From Chiloscyllium plagiosum (lineage: Eukaryota): DNA of 20,594 bases. Below the pieces are notes generated by a model. It saw only the letters and a list, made by a program, of their open reading frames with translations. It was not told where the DNA came from and ran no database searches. The stretch lies in contig NC_057750.1 in NCBI RefSeq assembly GCF_004010195.1, forward strand, positions 5,068,352-5,088,945, read 5' to 3'. This document shows, piece after piece, positions 1 to 10,206 of this stretch (position 1 is its first letter; each line of letters starts with the position of its first letter). The position numbers and the translations under genes were made by a program.

Positions 1-440
1 CCCACTATCCTCCATATGCCTATCCAATGCCCGCTTAAATGCCCATAAAGAGGGAGAGTCCACCACTGCGACTGGCAGGGCATTCCATGAACTCACAACT
101 CGCTGAGTAAAGAATCTACCCCTAACATCTGTCCTATACCTACCACCCCTTAATTTAAAGCTATGCCCCCTCGTAATAGCTGACTCCATACGTGGAAAAA
201 GGTTCTCATGGTCAACCCTATCTAAACCCCTAATCATCTTATATGTTTCAATGTTCTTCTCATTCTTTGAAACTTGAATGAATACAGGCCCAACCTTCCT
301 TCCATAAGAAAATCTCTCCATACCCAGGATGAATACAGTGATCCTTCTCTGAACTGCCTCAAACTGTAGACGACCTTTCCTTGGCTAAGGGACCAAAGCT
401 CTTCAGAGCATTCTAGGTTCAGTCTAAACAGTTCCCATGT
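1..440 (-). mobile_element. CR1 LINE ORF2 3' fragments (a well-preserved piece at 1-240 abutting a more degenerate piece)
   Basis: Reverse complement resembles the CR1 ORF2 C-terminal region seen elsewhere in the window (e.g. 5465-5810). No intact ORF. Confidence 0.75.
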
Positions 441-620
441 GTGGTTTTTTTAGCAAGACTTTCAAAAGATGAGATGAGTTCCAATTCCTTTTTTTCTGTC
501 AAACTGCAAAAGGGCATTGAAACATTCCTGTCTCCAGAAAACTTCAGTTGATTGACTGAAGATTAAAGACTGGATGATATTTGACTTGAATAGGATTTCT
601 ATGCAGGGTGAGGATTTACA

Positions 621-915
621 GGGCGGCACAATGGCTCAGTGGTTAGCACTGCTGCCTCACAGCATCAGGGACCCCAGGTTCGATTCCAGTGATTGTCTGG
701 GTGGTGTTTCTCCCCATGTCTGCGTGGGTGTGCTCCAGTTTCCTCCCACAGTTAGGTGGGATTGGCTATGCTAAGTTGTCCCTTAGTGTGCAGGTTAGGT
801 AGGTTAGCCATGGGAGATGTGGGGATAGGTTGGAGAGCTGGGTGGAATGCTGTTTGGAGGATTGGTGTAGACCCGATTGGCTGAATGGCCTGGTTCCAGC
901 CTGTAGGGATTCTAT
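621..915 (+). mobile_element. HE1-type (V-SINE) tRNA-derived SINE, degenerate
   Basis: Head gggcggcacaatggctcagtggttagcactgctgcctcacag with B box ggttcgattcc, core tctgcgtgggt...tttcctcccaca, and CR1-like tail ctgtagggattctat. Homologous to 11738-12085. Confidence 0.85.
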
Positions 916-1544
916 ATGCAGCATTTTGCACAAAGGTATGGGACATGAATGGATTTATTTCATACGTTACAAATACATGAGGTTGTGCTACTGAAATTGC
1001 AGCTGGTCATATTGAACAGAGTCAATTTAATCCTGTCTGTTTGAGGCCTGAATCCTGAAACTGGGCTTGAGTGCCATAGATTCCACGGTTCCTGCTGGTG
1101 TCTCTTTTTATATGATCTGTCAATGTTGCACCTTAGCAAATTGGACCAAGATGATGAAAGAAGATTAAACCAGGACTGGTCACTATAAGGTAGCAGTTGT
1201 ACAACGTTTAATTGGTTCCCTCGAATTGCTGGTGAGCTGCTGTTTATCTGCAGCATGTTTCTGGTCTGGGTTCACACAGTTAATGAATACACCTTCCTCA
1301 GCCAACCCGGCCTGGAGCTTTGGGCTCGGAGAAAGGATCTTGTACAGTAAAGACGCTACTTTCAAATGTACTTAATTGGCAGGCAAATTTGTGAAAGGTG
1401 TTGGACAAAACGTCTGTCTGTGTCTGTCTCTGTGCCCCCGTGTGCCAGCAACCCCCCCCTCCATCTACCCCTCCTGGGATTTCAGGTGAGGGCAAGTTTA
1501 AGTAATAGGAAGGGTTGGGAAGCAGATGTGGCAAGTGGCAAAAG

Positions 1545-1781
1545 AATGGTGACAGGAGGGGGGAGAAACCTTTCTGTGCAGAGAGTGATTCAGATCTAAA
1601 ATGGTGTGTGTGAGAGAGAGTGTGGTCCAGCTGAGCCTTTCAAAAGGATATTGCATAAATGTCCAAAGGAAGACGCTATGCAGGGCCAAGGGGACAGGAA
1701 CTGGGGGTTGATGGAACTGGCTTTTCCAGCACCGACATGACCAGCCCAATGGCCTCCATTAGCACTGTAGCTATTCCGTGA
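1545..1781 (+). mobile_element. Old CR1 3' end
   Basis: Degenerate match to the CR1 C-terminus and tail (...tgcagagagtg...aatggcctcc...gcactgta...attc). Confidence 0.55.
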
Positions 1782-2339
1782 GTTTATTATGTGTGTTGCC
1801 TTTCATGAGCAACCAGCCACTCGGAACCTGACAGTCTGCACTGGTGCATGAGAAAGAGCAACTGTACCATCACCCAGAAACCAGAGGCTTCCTTGGGTGG
1901 GCGAGAGGAGGCGAGATAATCAGTGAAAATAACCCAAGCCTTTTATTGTGGAGTGGGTGAATTGTTCGCGGTCTGCTGAAGCTGTATTAGATCAGTTAGA
2001 GCCACTTCAAACACTCCTGTTGCGGTCTAATTAAATTCAAGAGTTGCTTGACTGTGATTACTGACTGAATCTCTAGGGAGGCTGTAAGATAGATGAATGA
2101 CAAAGATTTAGGATGCTTTTATCAGCTGGAGACTAATTGCTTCACTTGTTTAGCTACTTGTGAGTGGGTTTTTCTGACATAATAAAGAATCATTCAGCCG
2201 TCAAAGGCTGCACTCTCTGAGTGGGATGGGCTCCTTTACAGAGAGAACCTTGGATGTTTATTTTGTTTAAAAACTGTAACGTACATTGCATGAGCCCCAT
2301 CTCCACACGGAAAGCGAGGCAGATTTTCATTTACAGCTT

Positions 2340-2421
2340 TGACGAAACGTCAGCTCTCTTCTCTCGTTACAGATGCTGCCAGACCTGCTGAGATTTTCCA
2401 GCATTTTCTCTTTTGGTTTCA
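2340..2421 (+). mobile_element. Penelope-like element terminal fragment
   Basis: gacgaaacgtcagctctc...acagatgctgccagacctgctgagattttccagca, a repeat I recognise as a common shark Penelope-type end. It contains only the 3' half (GAAACGTC) of a hammerhead core. A degenerate inverted counterpart lies at about 2525-2640. Confidence 0.55.
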
Positions 2422-2734
2422 TTTACATAACTCTTTGTACCTCATGTCAATTCACCTGAAAACGATGAATCACATTTTGGCTGAGGCCCCTCCCCTGGTA
2501 TGTTACCAAACTGGAATTGAAGCACAAACTGCTGGAGAAACTCAGTATGTCTGGAGAAACTCACTAACGGCTGGGGGCAGCCTCTCTGTAGATCAGCCTG
2601 CGTTTCGATGCCATTCCCAGCGTCAACGTTCGGTTTCGGAAGTCACTGCCGCACTCTGATGTAGGAGGGCGATGCAGAGGCAACGCAGTACAAGGGACTG
2701 TAGCAAGCCGCTGGATTTCTGTGATATATTCACA

Positions 2735-3275
2735 AACCCTCCTGTCTGCTGTAGTCTTCTGCAATCTTTCTCCATTTAAACAAAGTCCTGCTCCTCTCGC
2801 CGAAGTGCACAAGGACATTTCCGCATGTTTATGTTCCACCTGCTAGGTTTTTACCCCCTCGTGGAACCCGGCCTATACCCCTCTGCAGACTGTTATCCTC
2901 ACCACTTGCCTTCCTACTTATGTTTTGTGCCGTCTACATACTTAAGACAGCATGTTCACTTTCCTCAACCAAGTCTCTTCGCAAATAGACCTGTGGCACT
3001 CAACTAGTTACAGGTTACCACCTGGAAAGTGCTCCTTTTTCTTTCCCCAATTCTTTATCTTCTATTAGTTACCTAGTTGTCTATCCTCTTCACCAGATGC
3101 CAAAGGCTCTTGTCTTGATTAGTAAGCGAATGTGCAGCACCTTTTATTGAAAGTGTTTTGAAAATCCAAAAGTTTAACACTTGTTTCTCCTTTATCTACC
3201 TTCTTCTTAGCCTCCTGACAAATTCGAATAAGTTTCCCAATAATGATTTGACCTTTTGTGAAGCTGTGCTGAATC
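2735..3275 (-). mobile_element. Highly decayed CR1 reverse-transcriptase region
   Basis: Patchy reverse-complement similarity to the CR1 RT segment at about 7700-8200 (e.g. ttttgaaaatccaaa, atgatttgacctttt...gctga). Confidence 0.5.
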
Positions 3276-3286
3276 TACTTGGAGTC

Positions 3287-3577
3287 AGGGGAGTGATAGC
3301 CCAGAGACCCCAGTAATGTTATGGCGACCTGGGCTTGAATCCCCACACAGCAGATGGTGAACTATTAATTCAATGAGAAATCTGGAAGTTAAGGTCTAAT
3401 GATGGCTGTGAATCCATTGTTGATTGTCAGAAAAACCCCATATGGTTCAGCTATTGCCATCCTTACCCGATCTGGACTGCATGTGACTCCAGATCCACAA
3501 CACAGACTCTTAACTGCCCTCTGGGCAAATAGGGACGAGCTGGTGATGCCCTCATCCCATGAATGATTTTGAAAAAA
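3287..3577 (+). mobile_element. tRNA-derived SINE with a 3' tail shared with the CR1-Zenon-like LINE
   Basis: B-box-like gggcttgaatccc, body atgtgactccagatccac...tcttaactgccctctgggcaa, tail ccctcatcccatgaatga plus A-run. Homologous to 4931-5275 and 10646-11077. Confidence 0.8.
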
Positions 3578-3579
3578 CC

Positions 3580-4120
3580 GCATGAAAACAGACACTTTGG
3601 TCCAACTAGTCCATGCTGACCATAATCCCAAATCCATAAACTCGTCCCTCCTGCCTGCTCCTGGTCCATATCCCTCCAAACCTTTCCCATTCCTGTACTT
3701 ATCCAAGTGTCTTTTAAACATTGTAACTATAGCCACATCCACCACTTCCTCTGGAATTTCATTCCACACATGAGCTACGATGTGGTTTTTTTTTTAAAAT
3801 GCCCCTCGTCTTTTTTAAAATCTTTCTCCTCTCACCTTAAAAATGTGCCCCCTTATCTTGAAATGCCCCACCCTAGGGAAAAGACACCCGCCTATACCCC
3901 TCATGATTTTACAAACCACTGTAAGGTTGATAAGACCCCTCCGGATCCTTTTCAATCTTTCTCCTCTCACATTTTAAAAAAGGCCCCCTAGTTTTGAACT
4001 CAATCATCTTTTCCGTGCCCCTCGGAGTTTATAAGGTCACCCCTCAACCTCCTACACCGCAGTGAAACAAGTCTCGGCCTATCCGGCCTCTCCCCATAAC
4101 TCAAACCCTCCAGTCCCAAT
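3580..4120 (-). mobile_element. CR1 LINE 3' end with an internally repeated segment
   Basis: ORF 3389..3769(-) begins with CR1 C-terminal WNEIPEEVVD...FKRHLDKY...GLEGYG. The segment atctttctcctctcac..taaaaa..gccccc occurs twice (about 3820 and 3955). Confidence 0.85.
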
Positions 4121-4304
4121 CAATCAGACTTGTTTGTATTGGGTATTACTAAATGCCCACCTGTTGGATCCTTTATGATGGACACAAAAGTCCTCAATGA
4201 CAGACGTTAGGCTGCCTTGCTTTTAGTAACCTGTTTATTGCCTTGATTCCTTTATAATTAATGGTGCGACGCTGGCAGGTTTCCAATACTCCGGGACTTT
4301 TCCT

Positions 4305-4500
4305 GAATCACAGAAGCATGCGATGCAGAAAGAGGCCATTCAGCCCATCGTATCTGTACTAGTTTGTTACAAGCCGCATTACCTGCTACTTTCCCCAAAT
4401 CCTTGCACGTTATTTTTATACAAATAATCTATCAATGCCCTCTTGAATCTAAAGTCCCTTGTAAGATTCCTGCCAGTGCATTCACGATCTCTATAACTAG
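4305..4500 (-). mobile_element. Old CR1 3' tail fragment
   Basis: gaatcacagaa...gaggccattcagcccatcg is the reverse-complement CR1 tail. Confidence 0.6.
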
Positions 4501-4679
4501 TTCCTTTAAAATCTTAGGTTCCACAGCGTTGATCGGCCTATGGCCGGTTAGCTCCCCTTGTAGATTTTTTCCTCTAGTGATCATTATGTTTATTTCTCAT
4601 TGTTAATTCCCCAGCCTCATTCTCAAAGAAGTATAGGTTAATTTTGTTCACCAAAGACACTGCAGGTCTCCTAATTCAG

Positions 4680-5810
4680 AGATTGGGGTGGGTAGAGTTA
4701 CAACATTTAAAAGGCATTTGGAGGAGTTCACGGAGAGGAAAGTTTTAGAGATGACACCAGAATTTGTGGTACAGTGGACAGTGAGAAAGGTTATCTAAAG
4801 ATTGCAAAGAGGTCTTGATTTATTGGCTGAGGAGAGGGAGATGGAGTTTCATTTCAATGAACGCATGGTATTGCATTTTGGGAAAACAATCAAGGGCTGG
4901 ACTTACACAGTGAATGGTAGGGCCCAGGGATTCTTTTTTTAATTCGTTCACGGAATGAGGGCATCGCTGGCCAGGCAGCTTTTATTGCCCATCCCTAATT
5001 GCCCAGAGGGCAGTTAAGAGTCAACCCCATTGCTGTGGGTCTGGAATCACGCATAGGTCAGACCAGGTCAGGATGACAGATTCCTTCCCTAAAGGACATT
5101 AGTGAACCAAATGAGTTTTTCTGACAATCAGCAATGGATTCCTGGTTATCACAGACTCTTAATTCCAATTATTTATTGAATTCAAATTGCAAATTGCTGC
5201 CATGGCGGGATTTGAACCCAGGACCCCAGAACATTACCTGGGTCTTTGGGTTAAGAGTCCAGTGATAATACCACTTGTAGTGTAGAACAGAGAGGTCAAT
5301 GGGTTCAGGTACATAATTCTTTGAAATGTGCGTCACAGGTAGACAGGATGGTTAAGAAGGCGTTTAGCACGCTTGCCTTCATTGCTCAGCATAGGTGTTA
5401 GGGCGACATTTTGAGATTCAACAAGAGGTTGGTGAGGCCTCTTGAGAGGTGAAGTTATTGAGGTTTATAAAACCATGAGGAGAATGGATAAGGTGATTGA
5501 CCCAGGTCTTTTCCCTCGAGTGGGAGAGTTCAAAACTAGGGGCACATTTTTAAGGTGAGAGGATAAAGATTTTAAAAGGACATGGGGGGCAATCTTTTTT
5601 ACGCAGTGAATGGTTTGTGTGAGGAATGACCTTCCAGAGGATGTGGTGGATGTGGGTACGGTTGCAATGTTGAAAAGACTTTTGGATAGGTCCATGAATA
5701 GGAAATGTTTGGAGGGATATGGGCCAGGAGCAGGCAGGAGGGACCAGTTTAGTTTGGGATTATGGTCAGTGTGGACCAGAGGGTCTGTTTCCATGCTGTA
5801 TGATTCTATT
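4680..5810 (+). mobile_element. CR1 LINE fragments (RT region to 3' tail, internally deleted), interrupted by a SINE at 4931-5275
   Basis: Similar to 8050-8690 and 9573-9830. ORF 5610..5813 shows the CR1 C-terminus (RNDLPEDVVD...CLEGYG). Tail gctgtatgattctat. Confidence 0.85.
4931..5275 (-). mobile_element. tRNA-derived SINE (same family as 3287-3577), nested in CR1
   Basis: Reverse complement reads agtggtattatcactggactc...gggttcaaatccc...gggcaattagggatgggcaataaa...poly(A). CR1 sequence continues on both sides. Confidence 0.85.
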
Positions 5811-6318
5811 TAAAACCCATTCTGCTGTATCTTAGTCCAATATGGCCAACAGCTGATTTGGTTTTGGGTGTCTGACTTTAACCTCTGGTTAAATTGCATG
5901 CAGATCATTGGCTGTCCCAACACAGGTGTAGCATGTAAATGCTTTTTCAACAATGAATCTCTCTCTCCCTGTCCCTTGTAGACATTGTATTGTTTGGGCT
6001 GGTGTTTCTTTCTTTCCGTCAATTGTCAAACAGCCGAGGGAAGAAATGTGATGCGTGCCCCTGGGCTCACTTGTTGTCTCTCCCAGTCTCTCTGACAGCT
6101 CTGTCCCTTGCTCTCACTTCTTTACCATCTGCCACCTGCCTCGGGCTGACTACAGCACGCAATTTAAAATGCCCCTGCAGTTAAGCAGCCGGTTAGCAGC
6201 TTTCAACACCAAAGGTCTTTTGTTTTTCCGAGACAACGGCTTGCTCTTCAGGCAAAGCCTTGGGACAGCTTCCTAACACGATGCATTTGCTGCTCTCGGC
6301 GGGAGGGGGGAGTGGGGA

Positions 6319-6350
6319 AGCAGTTCCCTAGCAGCCACAAGGTGGCACTG
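6319..6350 (+). promoter_or_regulatory. Candidate CTCF binding site with upstream module
   Basis: AGCAGTTCC-ctagcag-CCACAAGGTGGCACTG. The core matches CCASYAGRKGGCRS at all but one position, and a TGCAGTTCC-like upstream module sits at a known spacing. It lies in apparently non-repetitive sequence. Confidence 0.55.
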
Positions 6351-6545
6351 TCTCCCTTCCTTGTGGTGGCCCACATTGTCTGGCCTTTGCTTCAGCCAAC
6401 CCCCCCACTGGGTTTGCAGGTGCCCCAGGTCTTGCCCCAGGTCTTGCCCCACATCACCGATCCTCACAAGCAGAGGCTGACTGTGATGGCGGACGGGCTA
6501 TTCGCACGTAGAAGTCATCGCAACCGATTAGTGCACATCATGCAA

Positions 6546-6623
6546 CGGGAGGGGTTTAGAGTCGTACAGCACAGAAACGGGCCCTTCGGCCCAACTCGTC
6601 CCTGCCAACCAGGGTTTCCTAAA
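6546..6623 (-). mobile_element. CR1 3' tail fragment; further minus-strand CR1 resumes at about 7125-7240
   Basis: tagagtcgtacagcacagaaacgggcccttcggcccaac is the reverse-complement CR1 tail. Confidence 0.7.
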
Positions 6624-7116
6624 TTGCCCTGGGTGGGGGCAGCTCCAACAACACTCAAGATGCTCAGCACCATCAAGGAAATAGCAGCCCCATTTGATTG
6701 GCACCACATCCACAAACATCCACTCCCTCCACCACTGACGCTCAGTAGCAGCAGTGTGGACCATCTATAAGATGCACTGTGGAAATTCACCAAAGATGCT
6801 CAGGCAGCACCTTCCAAACCCACGGCCACTTCCATCAGGAAGGACAAAGGCAGCAGATACATGGGAACATCACCCCCTGCGAGTTCCCCTCCGAGCCACT
6901 CGCCATCCTGACTTGGAAATATATCACTGTTCCTTCAGTGTCGCTGGGTCAGAATCCTGGAATTCCCTCCCTCAGGGCATTGTGGGTCAACCCACAGCAG
7001 GGGACTGCAGCGGTTCAAGAGGGCAGCTCACCCCCACCTTCTCAAGGGGCAACTAGGCACGGGCAATAAATGCTGGCTGGGTCGGCAATGCCCACATCCC
7101 ACAGGTGGATAAAAAA
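6624..7116 (+). mobile_element. 5'-truncated CR1-Zenon-like LINE 3' end
   Basis: Frameshifted ORF2 C-terminus (W.GAAPTTLKML.TI..., TIYKMHC.NSPKMLRQHLPNPRPLPS...SWNSLPQGIVG), then short 3'UTR gggcaataaatgctggc...cccacatccca and A-run. Clade assignment is from recall. Confidence 0.75.
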
Positions 7117-8310
7117 GAATTTGTTTGAGCACAGGCAAATGGGACTACGTCCCTCTAAATGTCTCCTCTTCACATACCCATCCAAATGTGTTTTAAATGA
7201 TATAATTGTACTCGCCTCCAACATTTCCTCTGGCAGGGGGCTTGATAGCTATCACCTTGTGTTGAACCTCAGGAGATGGGAGGGATATTAAATGAAAATT
7301 TCATGTCCATTTTTACTGTGGAGAAAGAAATGGCGGCTAGAGGGCTCAAGGAACTAAATATTGATGTTTTGAAAACAGTTCACATCACAGAAGAGGAAGT
7401 GCTGGAGATCTTAGAATCAAAGGTGGATAAATCTCCAGGACCTGGTTGAGGACGTTTCCAGGACATTGTGGGAAGCTAGGGAGGAAATTGCGAGACCCCT
7501 AGCAAATATATCTGTACTATCTATAACCCTGGGTGAGGTGCCAGAGGACTGGAGGGTGCCTAATGGTGTGAAAGGGTGAAAGGATGTAAGGAGAAGCTTG
7601 GGAACTATAGGCCAGAGAGCCTGAATTTGATTTTGGGTAAGTTGCTGGAGGTGATTCTGAAAGGTGCTTTTGGAAAGGCAAGGAACGCTTAGGGATAGTC
7701 AGCATAGTTGTGTGCAAGGGAAATGGTGTCTCTTAAACTTCATGGAGTTTTGTTTTGAGGAAATAACCTAGAGGATTCATGAGAGCAATTATTTACTTGG
7801 ACTTTTGTAAAACTTGGATGAAGTTCTGCATGGTAGACGAATTAGTAAAGATAGATCACATGGGATTCAGGGGGACCTTGCCAATTGGGTAGCTTCATAG
7901 CAGGAAACCGAGTGGTGATGGAGGATTGCTTTTTGGACTAGAGGCCTGTGACCAGTGGTGTTCCACAGGGATCGGTGCTGAGTCCACTTTTGTTTGGTGT
8001 TTATCTAAATGATTTAGATGAGAATATAGAAAGCATATTAGTAAGTTTGTGGATGATACCAATATTGGTGGTATAATAGACAGTGAAAAAGTCTATCTAA
8101 CATTACAAATGCATCTTGATCTATTGGGCCAATGGGCTGAGTAGTGGCAGATGGAGTTTAATTTGGATAAATGCGAGGTGCTGCATTATGGTAAAACAAA
8201 CAGGAGGAAGGACTTGTACAATTAAAAATAGTGCCTTCAATGTTGTAGATTAGAGACACCCAGGGATTCAGGTACATAATTCTTTGAAGTTTGCATCACA
8301 CATCAACAGG

Positions 8311-8399
8311 GAGAAAAGTGAGGACTGCAGATGCTGGAGATCAGAGTTGAGAATGTGGTGCTGGAAAAGCACAGCCAGTCAGGCAGCATCTGGGGAGCA
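8311..8399. mobile_element. Short Penelope-type terminal fragment nested in CR1
   Basis: aaagtgaggactgcagatgctggaga...gtgctggaaaagcacagc.agtcaggcagcatc is related to the reverse complement of 2368-2405. CR1 sequence flanks both sides. Confidence 0.6.
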
Positions 8400-8687
8400 T
8401 ATATAGAAGGCGGTTAGCATGCTCGTCTTCGTTGCTCAGATGATTAAATATGGGAGCGGGTTGAGGTTGTACAGGACGTTGGTGAAGTCTTTTCTGGAGT
8501 ACTGTGTCCAGTTCTGGTCTCCCTGTTGTAGGGAGGATGTTATTAAACTGGAAAGGGTTCAGAAGAGATTTACCAGGATGTTACCAAGAATGAAGGGTTT
8601 GAGTTATAAGGAAAGACTGGTTAGGTTGGGACTTTTTTGACTGGAATGTCCGAGGTTGAGGGGTAACCTTTTATAGTGGTTTATAAA

Positions 8688-9572
8688 CGGGTTTTGAGAA
8701 GATTTGTAGCTCAGGTTGAGGTTCTGGATGTAGGTTTGCTCGCTGAGCTGGAAGGTTCATTTCCAGACATTTCGTCACCATACTAGGTAACCTTTTCAGT
8801 GGGCCTCTGGATGAAGCACTGCTGATGATTTCTGCTTTCTATTTCTATGTTTTGGGTCTCTTTGGGTTGGTGATGTCACTTCCTGTGGTGATGTCATTTC
8901 CTTTCTTATTCTCAGGGGGTGGTAGATGGGGTCTGATTCGATGCGTTTGTCGATAGAGTTCCGGTTGGAATGCCATGTTTCTAGGAATTCTCGTGCGTGT
9001 CTCTGTTTGGCTTGTCCTAGCATGGATGTGTTGTCTCAGTCGAAGTGGTGTCCTTCCTTATCTGTACGTAAGGATATGTATGTATGTATGTGAGAGAGGG
9101 TCATGTTTTCTGGCTGGTTGATGTTCATGTATCCTGGTGGCTAGTTTTCTACCTGTTTGTCCAATGTAGTTACAGTTCTTGCAAGGTATTTTAGAAATGA
9201 CATTGGTTTTGTTTGTCGTCTGTATGGGGTCTTTCAAGTTCATTAGCTGCTGTTTTTGTGTGTTGTTGGGTTTGTGGGCTACCATGATGCCAAGGGGTCT
9301 GAGTAGTCTGGCAGTCATTTCCGAGATGCCTTTGATGTAGGGGAGCGCGGCTAGGATTTCTGGACGTGTTTTGTCTGCTTGTTTGGGATTGTTGCTGAGA
9401 AATCTGCGGACTGTGTTCATTGGGTGCCCATTCTTTTTGCTCTGCATAGTTCCTCTGTGCCGCAGTGTGTTGGCTTATAGAAATAATATTCTGATGCAGA
9501 TTCATTTGTGGATGTTGGGATGATTGCTTCTGTAGTTCAATATTTGGTCCATATGTGGTGTTTTCTTGTAGA
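8688..9572 (-). mobile_element. 5'-truncated Penelope-like retroelement (RT C-terminus, GIY-YIG endonuclease, 3' terminal repeat)
   Basis: ORF 9058..9447(-) contains LPYIKGISE and VISKIPCKNCNYIGQTGRKLATRIHEH (GIY-YIG). ORF 8796..9023(-) has REFLETWHS. Flanked by an 18-bp direct repeat tttatag(t/a)ggtttataaa at 8670-8687 and 9573-9590. Confidence 0.9.
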
Positions 9573-9833
9573 TTTATAGAGGTTTATAAAATCATGAGTA
9601 TCAACAAAGTTAATCGTCAGTGTCTTTTCCCTAAAGTGGGGGATTTCAAGACTCAGGAGCACATTTTTAAGGTGAGAGGAGAAAGATTTAAAAAGGACGA
9701 GGGGTAATGTTTTTACACGAGAGTGGATGGTGTGTGGAATGAAGTTCTAGATGAAGTGGTAGATGTGGGTGGAGTTACAATGTCTAACAGATATTTGGAT
9801 GAATAGGAAAGGTTTGAAGGGATTTGGGAGAAG

Positions 9834-10144
9834 CGAGTTTTGAAATGTTTTGTAGCTCAGGTTGAGGTTCTCGATGTAGGTTTGCTCCCTGAGTTGGAAG
9901 GTTTGTTTTCAGACGTTTCGTCACCATACTAGGTAATGTGTTCAGTGGGACGCCGAATGAAACACCGATGGTGTAGCCCGCATTTTATTTATATGTTTGA
10001 GTTTCCTTGGGACCCAAGGAAATATAAATATAAAGTGGGCTACACCACCGGTGCTTCATTCGGGGGCTCACTGAAGATGTTACCTAGTATGGTGACGAAA
10101 CGTGTGAAAACAAACCTTCCAGGTCAGTGAGCAAACCTACATCC
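9834..10144. mobile_element. Fold-back (palindromic) non-autonomous Penelope derivative
   Basis: Starts like 8688 (cgagttttga...tttgtagctcaggttgagg). Arms 9871-10011 and 10013-10145 are inverted copies meeting at tttccttggg-a-cccaaggaaa. Imperfect flanking duplication agggatttgggagaag / agggtatgagagaag. Confidence 0.85.
10068..10107 (+). ncRNA. Minimal type I hammerhead ribozyme motif of a Penelope element (cleavage triplet mutated)
   Basis: tca-CTGAAGA-t-GTTACC-tagtat-GGTGAC-GAAA-CGTG-tga: CUGANGA and GAAA cores with a 6-bp helix II. Sister copies on the minus strand at 9909-9948 and 8763-8802 end in GTC. Confidence 0.7.
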
Positions 10145-10206
10145 AGGGTATGAGAGAAGTTGGAATGATGGTTGGCATGGACTGGTTGGACCGAAAGGTC
10201 TCTTTC

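Noticed and set aside
621..690. tRNA gene
   Set aside because: The A/B boxes belong to an HE1-type SINE head followed by SINE body and tail; no complete cloverleaf is evident.
1137..1189. Possible 53-nt poison exon (ccttag|...KLDQDDERRLNQDWSL*|gtagca)
   Set aside because: Weak donor, no SARS2 similarity and no independent support.
6421..6450. Short tandem repeat (tgccccaggtct) x2.5
   Set aside because: Ordinary slippage duplication with no further structure.
6312..6770. Longest ORF (152 aa); RNRLVHIMQREG loosely resembles SARS2 RRLHIMFQTEAG
   Set aside because: The ORF runs through unique, CR1 and LINE sequence. The resemblance is short, out of gene order and lacks splice support.
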